A stretch of 64,000 nucleotides of DNA from an uncultured Methanoregulaceae archaeon (GCA_963737635.1 CAVTTL010000001.1:64001-128000); one strand, 5' to 3'. Shown: positions 42,203 to 53,649, counted from the stretch's first letter. Notes: generated by a model not told the origin, from the letters alone. Numbers and translations: made by a program.

Positions 42203-43786
42203 AGGCTCGCTATGCGGGAGTACTCATTCTCCTCTTTGCCGCACTGCTCCTTCCACCTGCCACTGCCGCCGGCGTGAAGATCACGTCAGACCAGACCGAG
42301 TATTATTTTGCACTGGGACAGATCGCCCAGCTCTCACTTCCCGTATCGAATACATACTCCTCACCTATAGAGGGAACACTCCGCTTTACTACGATCCAGC
42401 AGCTCCAGAATGCCGGGAATACCCTGACGATCACGAAAAACCAGATCTATCCAACTGCGTTCCCGGCCGGAAACTCCTTCCTCAACGTCAGCGCCGGCAC
42501 ATCCAACGTTTCCCAAACGATCAAGATCCAGATAGCTTACCAGTACACGGATTCCGCACCTGTCCTCATCACTTTGCCGGAAATCCGTATCCATTTCGTA
42601 CAGGATCTCTCTCAGGTACACAAACCAATCGAGCATTCCCGTTTCCAGTACCAGCGGTGCCGGCCTGCCCGGTGGACTGGGCAACAGTTCTGTCCAGCTT
42701 GCGCAACAGGCTGTCTCTGCCCAGCAACAGGCTGGCGTGGATACAGGATCAACCTCTTTGCAATCATCCGCGTCTTCCTCTCAGAACGGTCAGATGTTCC
42801 AGAATACTTCAGTACTTAAAGCGCAGATCCAGCAGGCTGCTGCACAAATGGATGCGGCACGGAATACTTTTAACCAAGCACTTGCTGCAGACCCCTTACT
42901 CCGGCAGGTCAACAAGACCCTCACGGTGGACGGATTTTTTCGACAATCCGTGACCACGAACCCCTCAAGCGGCGACAACGGTACCTTTGCGATGATCTAC
43001 CAGGATCGCACCGGGGAACAGGTAAACCTGCAGGGCGCTCTTATAAACGGGACTGTTTACTCGGTACTTGAACAATCGGCGGCAGCACTCAACGTGACCA
43101 CATCGCTTGGCACCAACGCGACCTACCAATCATTTACGAACGATCTCATTCATTCAGAATTCCAGAGAAACCGGACGCTCATGAATGTAACCCTTACCGG
43201 CACGACAGTCAACGTCACCTATCTCTCTAGGCAGGGAGCGAGAGCATACATCCATGCCAAGATCGATAATGGAAATGTGACGTTGGTGTCGCTTGATAGA
43301 GAAAGTACAGATATAACCTCCCTCCTTCTCGGGATTATCTGTGCAATCTTCATTGCAGTCGGTGCAGGAATGATGTACCGACACGTCAAAGTACAAAAAA
43401 AGGTGGCTTCTGCCGCATTCCCCCGGCAATCGGCTGTACCACCAGACTACCAAAGCGAAGTTCTGAGCCTGCTTGCCGAAGCGGAAGCAGCATTTGCCAA
43501 CCGGAACTACAAAAACGCATACGGTTTTGTCGGCCAGGCCACAAGGGTCTATTTCTCCTGCGAGCAGGGAGAGCGCCGCGAACTCACCAATGGCGAACTT
43601 GTGCACCTTCTTGCAGCATCACGGCATGCAAAAGACCTCGCTGATATCATTGCTCTCCTGGAACGATGCAGCGACGTGGAGTTTGCAAAAGGCATGCCTG
43701 ACACCGATGAATTCGCTGCTATGATCCGGCAGGTACGGGCATTTGTCTCACCGGATCTTCTTCAACCAGGGATAAAATCCCGGTGA
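42199..43786 (+). CDS. Secreted membrane-anchored protein of the moxR operon (indel near 42619)
   Basis: Signal peptide; C-terminal TM and DUF4129/BatD-like tail (ELTNGE..CSDVEFAK); start overlaps the VWA stop. Confidence 0.7.
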
Positions 43787-43852
43787 CGATAATGCCGGCT
43801 GTAAGCCTGCTCGCAGCCGGTGGAGGCACATGAATTTGTGCGGGAAAAAAGG

Positions 43853-44272
43853 TTACCGGTAATCCGGAATCTTCCGGAGCGTGATATCCATCACGCCACG
43901 GTGCACCCGGTACGTGCTGTGGATGATATCAATTGGCTTATCGAGCTCGACAGTTGTAGAGCGGTCATCGACACAGATCCGGACTGAATTTGGCTGGATA
44001 TCCGCGAAGGGAGCATGCTCGGCTTCGGGCGGGATCGCAGCGGTTATGAAGATCTGGGTATCGGACTCCTGTACCTCGTACGGGATGTCGTCGTCATCGC
44101 TGTTTATTCCCCCGGTGAAGACCCCGGGTTCACCAGGTACATGCCTAGTCACGATAGTATACCCGATAACGCGGGCATGTTCTGCCTCGGGCATGGTTCG
44201 GACAATCTCCTCGACAATCTTGGAGAGGTTGCCAAACACTTCATCGTAAGGGTTATTGGGATTCGTCTGCAT
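43853..44272 (-). CDS. Hsp20/alpha-crystallin-like small heat shock protein
   Basis: ATG 44272 after GAGGAG; C-terminal TYRVHRGVMDITLRK. Confidence 0.7.
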   Translation of the reverse strand: MQTNPNNPYDEVFGNLSKIVEEIVRTMPEAEHARVIGYTIVTRHVPGEPGVFTGGINSDDDDIPYEVQESDTQIFITAAIPPEAEHAPFADIQPNSVRICVDDRSTTVELDKPIDIIHSTYRVHRGVMDITLRKIPDYR

Positions 44273-44894
44273 GGACTCCTCTGAGTATAATCCGGTTCTT
44301 TGTTCTGGACACAATGCCCCTCTTTACGAATTCCGCAAGGACCGGCGCCAGTTCGTCCGGGGTATACCCGGTGACTTCCGAGAGTTCGTCCTCTGTCAGG
44401 GGTTCGTGTGATAGGGCAACTGCTATAGATAGTTCTCGCTCGCTCCTGAATAAATCGTTATGGTTCCGGGCAAGATCGGTAAGTTTCGTATCGATGTCGT
44501 GGTTGAGCTGTTCGAGGTGGGCAACCAGCTGGTCATGTGCCTGGACCATTTTTGCAAGCATGACAACTGCCTGCCGGGTCCGCTCGTCTTCAGCATTCTT
44601 TCCTGCGTTGTCCGGTTTCCCGATAGTACTCTGCAGGCTTCGCAGGGTGACATCCACGAGAATGTCGTTTGCGAGGTAATAGTACTTGCGTCGGCGATCA
44701 TCCATCTGGCAGGAGAGGATCTCCTCCCGCTCCATAAGCTGGAGATGTTCGATCACCGCTTTAGGTGAGATCATCAGCGTCTCCGATATTTCGGTGACAA
44801 AGCATGGTTTCTGCCGCAGCAACCCTATGATACGCCGCCGGTTCCGGTTCCCGAGGATATCGAGCAACCGGGCAAATTCCGCGAGATCCTCCAT
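44253..44894 (-). CDS. ArsR-family regulator, Phr/HSR1-like heat shock regulator
   Basis: LDILGNRNRRRIIGLLRQKPCFVTEIS..SPKAVIEHL..RRKYY; overlaps the hsp20-like gene; TATA about 30 nt upstream suggests a leaderless mRNA. Confidence 0.82.
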   Translation of the reverse strand: MEDLAEFARLLDILGNRNRRRIIGLLRQKPCFVTEISETLMISPKAVIEHLQLMEREEILSCQMDDRRRKYYYLANDILVDVTLRSLQSTIGKPDNAGKNAEDERTRQAVVMLAKMVQAHDQLVAHLEQLNHDIDTKLTDLARNHNDLFRSERELSIAVALSHEPLTEDELSEVTGYTPDELAPVLAEFVKRGIVSRTKNRIILRGVHADESQ

Positions 44895-44966
44895 TTTTAC
44901 TTAATGCTAACGCTTCATATGTATAAAGGGATTGAGTAGACCCCGCGTGCCTTTCCAGGATTTCCA

Positions 44967-45734
44967 TCAGGTTACATTGAAGAGCAGCACAGCCGACGGC
45001 CCGGCCATACCTGCCTCATCATGACTTACCCCGGACATAATGATGCGTTTCCGGGAAAACACTGTTGCAAGCTCACTTTCCGGCAACAGTGAGTCCTTGA
45101 GGTCGAGAGTGTATGGGATCGAGTAATCCGGCATCACATACACCCCGGCGTTCGCGGCAACTGCCTTGCTGAAACGGGTTTCGGGGGAGGAATGTCACTA
45201 ATCGATGAACAAATTGGCCGCCTGCACTGTGCCCGTCAAGAAGATGCATTTCCTGCGTGGCCCCGGTCTGCTCACGGACATAATCGAAGAGGTGTCCGAT
45301 CGCGCTAAAAGGTCCAGTTTGCTTTTGACTCCCAGTTCGTTGGCCCGTAAGTGTATCCCAATGGATATCATACGTCCCCGGGACAATACGTTTGTGAGAA
45401 TTCGAGAACGATCACAAGACTGGACTACTTGTCAGCGTAGGAGAACCAGATATCCCGGGAAGGTTGAGCGAAGTGACCCGCTCCCGGCATAACGATGAGG
45501 ATTGGCCCGGACTGGTTCCATGATTCCGGGCGGTACATGTAAACAGTGATCGGGGCGATATGCGTTACCGAGCGTATCGTTAAACACGAATTGTCCCCGT
45601 CCCACCGGAATCCCCGTTGTTGTGCTAGCCTTGAAGAACTGGCGGAGCCCTGTTGCTGGAAAGGGTAAATGCAGCGCAGGTAACAGCGGTGACGAGAACT
45701 AAAAAAGCAGAGAAAATACGAGAGGTGTCCTCAT
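44967..45734 (-). pseudogene. Decayed secreted alpha/beta hydrolase (esterase-like)
   Basis: Stitched frames give PITVYMYRP..ILIVMPGAG..NWTF..HLFDYV..GHSAGGQFVHRL..AVAANAGVY, with in-frame stops at 45425-45427 (TAG) and 45368-45370 (TGA) and several frameshifts. Confidence 0.8.
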
Positions 45735-45830
45735 ATAATCAACACTTAGGATCGCACACACATGTCGCTCTTGGGTTTTGATAAACAGAGCGCTAGTGCC
45801 CGAACTACATTCCTTTGAGGTGAAAAAAAA

Positions 45831-47300
45831 TTATTCAAAGAGTCGGTAATTAGGGGCTTCGTCCGTTATCAGGATGTTATGGGGATGACTCTCGGTCATG
45901 CCGGCGTTCGTGATGCGGACAAACCGGGCCTTTTTATGCATATCGACAATGGTCGGGGCGCCTGAATAACCCATCGCAGACTTTAGGCCGCCAACAAGCT
46001 GGTAAATGACTTCACCCACACGCCCAACATATGGGGTCACCCCTTCGACACCTTCGGGCACGAATTTTGTGCTCCCGATATCCTTCTTCTGGAAATACCG
46101 GTCGCTCGACTGGCCCGAGCTCATGACACCTAGCGATCCCATACCCCGGTATTGCTTGTACCGCCGTCCCTTAATCGTAATGACTTTGCCTGGCGCCTCA
46201 TCGGTGCCGGCAAACATACTCCCCATCATCACAGTGTCTGCCCCAGCAGCGATCGCTTTTGCCACGTCCCCTGAATATCGCACGCCGCCGTCTGCAATAA
46301 CCGGGACGTTTGCCGGTGCCGCGCACTCTGCGACCTGCGCAATAGCAGTGATCTGCGGGACACCGGTCCCCGCGACGATCCGAGTCGTGCAGATGGAGCC
46401 CGGGCCGATGCCTACTTTAACGCCATCGACACCCGCATTCAGCAACGCCTCGGCCGCTGCTGTGGTGGCAATGTTTCCCGCAATCACGTCGGCATTGACG
46501 CTGCCTTTGATATTTTTGACCGCCTCGACCACCTTCATATTGTGGCCGTGGGCGCAATCAACCACCAGCGCATCGACACCATGCGCATCGAGGAGAGTCG
46601 CGCGGGTAAAATCAAACGGCCCGACGGCTGCGGCCACCTGAAGGTTCCCTTTTTTGTCCCTGGTCGCCCGCGGGTACTGGCGTTTTTCGAGGATATCCTG
46701 CATCGTAATAATACCGATCAGCCTGCCTTTTTCATCGGCCACCGGGAGGCGCTCAACCTTGTTCGTGTACATGACTTCAAGCGCCTTTTCGGAAGTGATG
46801 TCTGCACTGGCAGTGATCGGTTTTTTTGTCATGATCGACCTGATGCTCTCTTCCCCGCGTCTGGTTACGATAGCACGCACATCGCGGCGGGAGACTATTC
46901 CGATAATCCTGCCCTTCCCGACGACCGGTACCCCTCCAATACTATACTGGTTCATCAATTTCTCGGCATCGGAGACGGTTGCAGTATCTTCGACATACAG
47001 TACGTCGCGTTCAATGAGTTCCTCGGCTTGCTTGACAATGTTGACCTCCTGGAGTTCATGTTCGGCGGTCATGTTCCGGTGGATTACACCGATTCCGCCT
47101 TCACGGGCGAGGGCGATCGCCATTATCGATTCGGTCACGGTGTCCATAGCAGACGATACAAGAGGGATATTGAGCTCTATGTTTTTGGAAAAACGGGTCC
47201 GGGTATCTGTCTCGGCAGGTTCGATCCAGGATTCCAGCGGTTCCAGCAGCACATCGTCAAAAGTAAGGGAGATTGGAACTTCCAGTTTGTTGAGGTACAT
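45831..47300 (-). CDS. guaB: IMP dehydrogenase
   Basis: LTFDDVLL, SSAMDTVTE, CBS pair, GIGPGSICTTR, YRGMGS, VPEGVEG. Confidence 0.97.
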   Translation of the reverse strand: MYLNKLEVPISLTFDDVLLEPLESWIEPAETDTRTRFSKNIELNIPLVSSAMDTVTESIMAIALAREGGIGVIHRNMTAEHELQEVNIVKQAEELIERDVLYVEDTATVSDAEKLMNQYSIGGVPVVGKGRIIGIVSRRDVRAIVTRRGEESIRSIMTKKPITASADITSEKALEVMYTNKVERLPVADEKGRLIGIITMQDILEKRQYPRATRDKKGNLQVAAAVGPFDFTRATLLDAHGVDALVVDCAHGHNMKVVEAVKNIKGSVNADVIAGNIATTAAAEALLNAGVDGVKVGIGPGSICTTRIVAGTGVPQITAIAQVAECAAPANVPVIADGGVRYSGDVAKAIAAGADTVMMGSMFAGTDEAPGKVITIKGRRYKQYRGMGSLGVMSSGQSSDRYFQKKDIGSTKFVPEGVEGVTPYVGRVGEVIYQLVGGLKSAMGYSGAPTIVDMHKKARFVRITNAGMTESHPHNILITDEAPNYRLFE

Positions 47301-47326
47301 AACACACCTAATCGTTTTTTTTATTT

Positions 47327-48013
47327 TCACCGTATTCTGGCGAGTGCGGTCTTTACCAGATCTTCGCGGATGGTCGCGTTCCGGTCACCGCCACAGACCA
47401 TGCCCCTGACACCGATAATCTCCGGGTTGATACGTTTTAAGGCATCAATATCAGCAAACATGAGGGAGCCTGCAAGAGCGGTCCCGAGACCCAGATCCCG
47501 GTTGCCTTCGGTGAACCGCGCAAGTGTTGCTTCGTCCATGAATGAGAATGTGCTCCGCCCGTCCTTGATTCCGGTATCAACCATCGCGTAATCGGCACCA
47601 CATGAGGCAGCGAGAGGAGAGATCTCAAAGGGGGAGATCGTACCCATTCGCTCATAATCGGAATACCCGGCGATAACAACAAATTTCTCGGGAAACTCGT
47701 CTTTAACCGCTTTGGCGACCGCGGCAATCACGTCACGGGCCTGGTCTTTACCAGCGAAGGCAAGCCCAATCTTCACATAGTCAGCACCGGCGCACGCAGC
47801 TCCGTAGGCGGCAAGCGCGGCACCGCCCGGCTTATACGGGAAGTCTCCGATCGCTGCACTCACCGGTTTTTTGGCAAATGATTTGATCTCCCGGATCACC
47901 CAGGGAAAATTAGCGCCAAGAGAACCCTCAGATGGTTTTTTGACATCGATGATATCGGCAGCGACAGAACAGTGAGCCTCGGAAATAGAGCTGGGGCTGA
48001 CCAACAATTGCAT
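47327..48013 (-). CDS. mfnB: (5-formylfuran-3-yl)methyl phosphate synthase (methanofuran biosynthesis)
   Basis: LLVSP, DIIDVKKPSEGSLGANFPWVI, MVDTGIKDG, ALAGSL, IGVRG. Confidence 0.93.
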   Translation of the reverse strand: MQLLVSPSSISEAHCSVAADIIDVKKPSEGSLGANFPWVIREIKSFAKKPVSAAIGDFPYKPGGAALAAYGAACAGADYVKIGLAFAGKDQARDVIAAVAKAVKDEFPEKFVVIAGYSDYERMGTISPFEISPLAASCGADYAMVDTGIKDGRSTFSFMDEATLARFTEGNRDLGLGTALAGSLMFADIDALKRINPEIIGVRGMVCGGDRNATIREDLVKTALARIR

Positions 48014-48057
48014 AAACTTTAATGATCTTTTATCCTAATAGTGGTTTTGGGTTGCCG

Positions 48058-48735
48058 ATGGAATTGGTGCTTGCGTTGGATTTGCGGCGCAATACGGTCG
48101 TACACGGGAAATCCGGGATGCGTGCGACCTACAAACCGCTTGACTGGGGACTTTCTCCGACGGCAGAACCGGTCGGTTTCGTACAGGCCGTCGCACCACG
48201 ATATCTCTATATTGCCGATCTTGACCGGATCGAAGGGACCGGATCCCATGATAATGTAATTCTGACCTGTTCGAGCCTCGTGGACTGCTGTTATGTCGAC
48301 CGGGGGATCCGGACTCCAAGTGACCTGCTTACCGGATCAAACATAAAAAATGTTGTGGGGACTGAGACAAGCCTTGCAGATCTTTCGCGGTACCACGAAG
48401 GATACCTGAGCGTGGACGTTGCCAACGGAAAGGTGATCCCCACGGGAGAATCCCCGGAGGCAGTACTCCGGTCTGCCCGCGACTGGGATTTTGAAGGTTG
48501 TATCATTCTCAACCTTGGTTTTGTAGGAACTGAAAAAGGAATCAATGCCGGGACAGGCCCGCTCGAAGCGTGGCGATCAGCCTTCGAAGGCCGCCTGCTC
48601 TACGGTGGGGGAGTGTCATCTGTAGCCGATCTCACTGTCTTGAAAGACACCGGCTTTGATGGTGCTATTATTGCAACGGCCCTTCACTCCGGTACCGTCC
48701 CGGCGGAGTGGATCCGGAGGGGCTACTCGTGCTAG
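48058..48735 (+). CDS. HisA/HisF-related TIM-barrel protein
   Basis: LALDL..VVHGKSGMRATYKPL, LYIADLDRI, VGTE, YGGGV, ATALH. Confidence 0.85.
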   Translation: MELVLALDLRRNTVVHGKSGMRATYKPLDWGLSPTAEPVGFVQAVAPRYLYIADLDRIEGTGSHDNVILTCSSLVDCCYVDRGIRTPSDLLTGSNIKNVVGTETSLADLSRYHEGYLSVDVANGKVIPTGESPEAVLRSARDWDFEGCIILNLGFVGTEKGINAGTGPLEAWRSAFEGRLLYGGGVSSVADLTVLKDTGFDGAIIATALHSGTVPAEWIRRGYSC

Positions 48736-49346
48736 TTACTCTTGAGGGGATCGATGGAACCGGCAAGAGCACGCTGCTTGATGCTCTCAGGAAGAACCTT
48801 GCAGACCTCGATCCGGTCTTCACCCGGGAGCCCGGGGCTACCTGGGTAGGAGAGGCGGTCCGGCGGGCGGTAGCCGAGCAGATTGATCCTATAACCGAGG
48901 CGACGCTCTTTGTCGCCGATCATGCTGCCCATCTTGCAACGGTAGTACGTCCGGCGCTTGCCGACAAAAAACTGGTGATCTCCGACCGGTACTCGGACAG
49001 CCGGTTTGCTTATCAGTCGGTCACGCTTGAAGGCATTATCCCTGACCCTGATGGATGGCTCAGGGCTATGCATAACGGCTGGTCTGTGGTACCGGACAAA
49101 ACATTCCTGCTTGCGATACCGATAGATGATGCTCTCGTACGCCTTGCCGGCAAAAGCGGGAGGGAGCATTTTGAACGGCGTGAGATCCTCGAAAAAGTTC
49201 AGGACAGATATTTCGGGTTTGCCCGCGCGGAGCCCTCCCGGTTTGTCATCGTTGATGCGCTTCTGGAAAAAAATGAAATCGCCGGGTTTGTCGCCGACGC
49301 GATCCGGCTTACTTTGCAATCGTCACGATCACATCGCCGACCGTGA
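48729..49346 (+). CDS. tmk: Thymidylate kinase
   Basis: TLEGIDGTGKST, TREPG, SDRYSDSRFAYQ. Confidence 0.95.
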   Translation: MLVTLEGIDGTGKSTLLDALRKNLADLDPVFTREPGATWVGEAVRRAVAEQIDPITEATLFVADHAAHLATVVRPALADKKLVISDRYSDSRFAYQSVTLEGIIPDPDGWLRAMHNGWSVVPDKTFLLAIPIDDALVRLAGKSGREHFERREILEKVQDRYFGFARAEPSRFVIVDALLEKNEIAGFVADAIRLTLQSSRSHRRP

Positions 49347-51896
49347 TCACATCGACTTGGGCGCCTTCTTCCATATAGGAATATTTCGGTGAAAACGCAT
49401 TTTCCGGGACAGCAAGATCTTTCTGGTTCACCTTTATCGTTTTTGGCGGACTCGCTAGCTCCTCTGGTGATAGCGCCTTTACCGCTTCCATAAAAGCACC
49501 CGCATCTTTCCGGAATGCTGGGCCGACGACAGACCGGTTGAACTCGATACCGGCGATTACCCGGTCGAGGTGAGCTTTATCGGTCCTCCAGTGCACGTCT
49601 GCATTTAAGGTACGGGCTGTGTCGCCTTCATCCCCAGCGGTATGCGGAGCATACACGGTAACTTTCCCAAGTGGGGCATTCAGGGCAAGGCCGTTATCGT
49701 GCTTGTACTTGCGCACACCGGCGACCACGTTCACGAGCAGGTCTCCTTCGGCCCGGGCCACGGGATCGTCAAAGCTGAACAATACCCAGGGCTGCTTGTG
49801 AACGCTTCCTTTGTTAAGGTACGAATAGCACTCCTCGGCGAAGTACGGAACAAACGGCGCAAGCATCCGGCAGAGTGCGTCGTACGACATATAAAGGACA
49901 CGGCATGAGCTCTTTCTCGACGAGCCTCCGGCATAGAGTCGGCCCTTCGCGAGCTCGATATAGTTATCGGCGAGCACGTCCCACGCGAATTCCCGGATCA
50001 CCTTAAGCGCCTCATCAAACTCATACTTCTCCATGGCAGCGCTGACCGATGTCACTGTATCGGAAAGCCGGGCAAGCAGCCACCGGTCGGCAAGCGCGGT
50101 AACCGGAGCGTTTTCATCGACTCCTTCTTTTTCAAACTGGATCAGCGCAAAACGGGCGATGTTCCACATCTTGGTTTGGAAACGTGATGCGGCGATTACA
50201 TCGTTCCAGGAGAACATGATATCGGAACCCATCGCCGCCCCGGTCGCGGCCCATTGCCGGAGGGCGTCTGCACCATACCTTCCGACCAGATCTTCGGGGA
50301 CGATAACGTTGCCCCGGCTCTTGCTCATCTTGAAACCGTCCTCGCCGAGCACCATGCCATTGACGAGAATCTGATCCCAGGGTTTGCTTCCGGTCAAAGC
50401 CACTGAGCGCAAGATCGAATAGAATGCCCAGGTCCGGATAATATCATGGCCCTGCGGCCGGATCTGCGCCGGGAAGATCTTCGGTATGCCTGATCCGTCC
50501 CACCCAGTAACGTTGAGGACGGATATAGAAGAATCCATCCATGTATCAAGCACATCCTCTTCTCCCTTGAATTCATGCCCGCCACACTTATGGCAGGGAT
50601 GCTTTGGTTGTGTCAGCGTCGGATCACAGGGAAGGTCCTTTTCGTCTGGCACCACCATCTCACCGCATTTCGTACAGAACCAGACCGGGATTGGGGTCGC
50701 AAAAATCCGCTGCCGGGAGATGCACCAGTCCCATTCCATCTGGTCAATCCAGTTCTCCATGCGCAGCAACATGTGCCGGGGATACCAGGCAATCTGGTGG
50801 GCGGCGTCGCGGATCTCCTTTTGCCGGATCCGAATAAACCACTGCCGGTTTGAGAGGATTTCAATAGGCGTCTTGCAGCGCCAGCAGGTACCAACACGCT
50901 GCGAGAGGTTCTCCTGTTTTTTGAGAATCCCGGCAGATTTCATATCAGCGAGGATCGCCTTCCGGCATTCCCCAGTGGAAAGACCGGTATAGGTGCCACA
51001 GATTTCCGTCATCTTTCCTGCGCGATCAATGGCTTTCCGGAGCGGAAGGTTATGCTGCTTCCACCAGTGGACATCCTGCTTGTCGCCAAACGTACAGATC
51101 ATGACCGCACCGGACCCGAATGCCGGGTCAACTGCTTCATCCTCTACAACCGGTACAGTGTGGCCAAAGAGCGGTACGGCAAGGGTATTTCCTTTTAACC
51201 GCTGATACCGGTCATCGGTAGGGTGAACCGCAACTGCGACGCAGGCGGCAAGGAGCTCCGCCGGGTGGTCGCAATCTCCACGCCATCGAAATCGAAATAG
51301 TTCAGCTGCGTCTCACGATCCTCGTAAGTGACCTCAGCGAACGCAATTGCCGTCTCGCACCGGGTACAGTAGTTGACCGGGTGCTCGTCCTGATAGATAT
51401 ATCCGGATTTCAGCATCCTTAAAAAAGAGAGCTGGGTCTTTGTGTAATATTCCGGCATCATCGTAACGTACTCGTTGCTCCAGTCCGTGGAAAACGCCAT
51501 GCGCCGGAGCGTCAGGCGCATCTGCTCGATGTTTTTTATCGTGAGCTCCCGGCACATCCGCCGGAACTCTTCACGCGAGACATCGTTTTTGGTGATATGG
51601 TTGAGCTCCTCGACTTTTACTTCGGTGGGAAGGCCGTGGCAGTCCCAGCCCTGCGGGAACATCACATTATAACCCTTCATTCGCTTATATCGGGCAAAGA
51701 AGTCGATATAACACCAGTTCAGCGCATTGCCGATATGGAAATTACCCGTCGGGTAGGGCGGAGGCGTATCGATCACAAACTGCGGCTTTTTTGAGGTGCG
51801 ATCAAAATAGTGGTCCTCATCGCGCCAGCTCTTCTGCCAACGCTCCTCCACTACGGCAAAATCATAATTTTTGGGCAGCTTGTCAGAGGAAACCAT
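49309..51896 (-). CDS. valS: Valine--tRNA ligase (1-nt deletion near 51261)
   Basis: [31 protein letters not shown] after repair, [13 protein letters not shown]. Confidence 0.95.
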
Positions 51897-52011
51897 TCCG
51901 TACCGGATACGTCGTTTCATAAAATATAGTGATTGGTCCCATCCAACGAAGCCATCACGGCAGGATGAAAAACGATAAGGCTCATCTTATCTGGAAACAA
52001 ATATCTGGGCA

Positions 52012-53229
52012 ATGGCCAAGCAGCGGGGACTGGGATACGCAGCTGCACTCACTGGAGGCGCCATCCTGGCCGGCCCGTATGTGCAGCCGCCGTGGCTGAT
52101 CGCACTCATTATTATCCTCTTCTCCCTTATCCTCTGGCGTTTTTTTGAGATGAAATATCTCGCGTATGTCTTCTGTATCCTGTCCGGACTCTATGCAGTC
52201 AACCTTCTCCCGTTTCTGGTCCTTGCAACGACACTTGCCATGATTGCACTTGGCGAACTGGTCTTTCAGTCCGGGGCAGACGATCTTAACACCTACCTTT
52301 ACTATGTCATTTCTACAGCATGGGCAGGGATGCTGGTCATGGCATACCTCCATGAGAACGCATTCCTTATGATAATCTTCGGTATCATCGCCGCAGTGCT
52401 CTTAAAGGTGATCCTCCTGCGGTTCGAAGATTCGCTTGTCCTTGAAGGGATCGGAATGGCGATGACGATGTACCTCATACAGGAACTTAATTACACAGCC
52501 AATATCGAGATCGTGATTATCGCGGTCTTCATCGCCTTTGTTTTCGGGTACTTTGCATTCCGGTTCAAGACCGCCGATCTCTCCGGCCTTTTTTCGACCG
52601 CCCTTGTCGGAATCATTCTCCTTGTCTTTGCCGAACCGACGTGGTTCTTAGTTATGCTCACTTTTTTTATTCTCGGTTCGGTCTGCACCCGGTATAAGTT
52701 TGAGTACAAGAAACGAATCGGTGTCGAGCAGGGCAAGAGCGGAGCGCGAGGCTACCGGAATGTCTTTGCCAACGGGATTGTCGCGTGTGCGGCGGCAGTT
52801 CTTTACGGTGTGTTTGTCCAGCCGGTCTTCATTGTGATGTATGTCGGGAGCGTAGCGACAGCGGCAGCTGATACAATGGCAAGCGAGATCGGCGTGACTG
52901 GCGGGATTCCTTACATGATAACGACTCTACGCAAGGTACCGATTGGGACAAATGGGGGCGTCACGATGACCGGTGAACTGGTCGCATTGGGTGGAAGCTT
53001 TGTCGTGTCAATGATTGCATTGGGCCTGAACGTCATCACGCCTTGGATGATGGTTATCTGCACAATCACGGGGTTTGTCGGAACCAATCTTGACAGCCTC
53101 GTAGGAGCATTGCTTGAGAACAAGGGGTTTCTGGGCAACGCGGGTACCAACTTCCTTGCCACCTTGGGCGGGGGAATCTTTGCGATCGTACTGTACTGGG
53201 TATTTGTAACTCATGGCATTTCGTGGTAA
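52012..53229 (+). CDS. DUF92/TMEM19 (TIGR00297-like) membrane protein
   Basis: RGYRNVFANG, ADTMASEIG, GTNGGVT, DSLVGALLE. Confidence 0.88.
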   Translation: MAKQRGLGYAAALTGGAILAGPYVQPPWLIALIIILFSLILWRFFEMKYLAYVFCILSGLYAVNLLPFLVLATTLAMIALGELVFQSGADDLNTYLYYVISTAWAGMLVMAYLHENAFLMIIFGIIAAVLLKVILLRFEDSLVLEGIGMAMTMYLIQELNYTANIEIVIIAVFIAFVFGYFAFRFKTADLSGLFSTALVGIILLVFAEPTWFLVMLTFFILGSVCTRYKFEYKKRIGVEQGKSGARGYRNVFANGIVACAAAVLYGVFVQPVFIVMYVGSVATAAADTMASEIGVTGGIPYMITTLRKVPIGTNGGVTMTGELVALGGSFVVSMIALGLNVITPWMMVICTITGFVGTNLDSLVGALLENKGFLGNAGTNFLATLGGGIFAIVLYWVFVTHGISW

Positions 53230-53328
53230 AGGCCCGGCAGTTGACAATATATGACTGATACTTGAGTGTACGACGAAGATGTTTTTAGATCAGATACTAA
53301 TCTGGCAATTCACTAAAACTAAAAAAAG

Positions 53329-53649
53329 TTACAGGCTGTCAAGGCTGACGGCATTGAAATCCTGTGCCACATCCTTGATGTCCTTGATACCAAACGCTGT
53401 CTGGACGCTTGCGAGCTCCAGATCGTTTGCTACATCGCAGACATAATCGAGAATGTCAATCGAGAGCTCCTTTTTGATTTTGCTTTTCTTGAGCTGGTCG
53501 ATCAGGGACGCCATCTTTTCCGGGGGCTCCATGCGGAGCTTGGCAAGGCTCATGACACACATATAGATGCGGGTCAGGTTCCTGTCCGTACCGGTGATGG
53601 TGTCAAAGAAGTTCCGGATCACCTGCGCCTGATATATCTCTCCTCCCAT
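53329..53649 (-). CDS. Small hypothetical protein
   Basis: ATG 53649 preceded by a strong GGAGGTGA RBS. Confidence 0.75.
   Translation of the reverse strand: MGGEIYQAQVIRNFFDTITGTDRNLTRIYMCVMSLAKLRMEPPEKMASLIDQLKKSKIKKELSIDILDYVCDVANDLELASVQTAFGIKDIKDVAQDFNAVSLDSL

Noticed and set aside
45368-45427. In-frame TAG/TGA as pyrrolysine or selenocysteine
   Set aside because: Both stop types occur with frameshifts in the same remnant, at likely Tyr/Trp positions; no recoding machinery is seen.
44940-45830. Long ORF-poor gap as a large ncRNA
   Set aside because: Explained by a decayed alpha/beta hydrolase on the minus strand.
46006-47591. Long + strand ORFs opposite guaB (likewise opposite amt, ychF, the PAS gene and the DUF47 gene)
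   Set aside because: Antisense shadow ORFs of well-supported genes, without recognisable motifs.
49309-49346. 38-nt convergent overlap of tmk and valS
   Set aside because: Common in compact archaeal genomes; nothing further suggests regulation.
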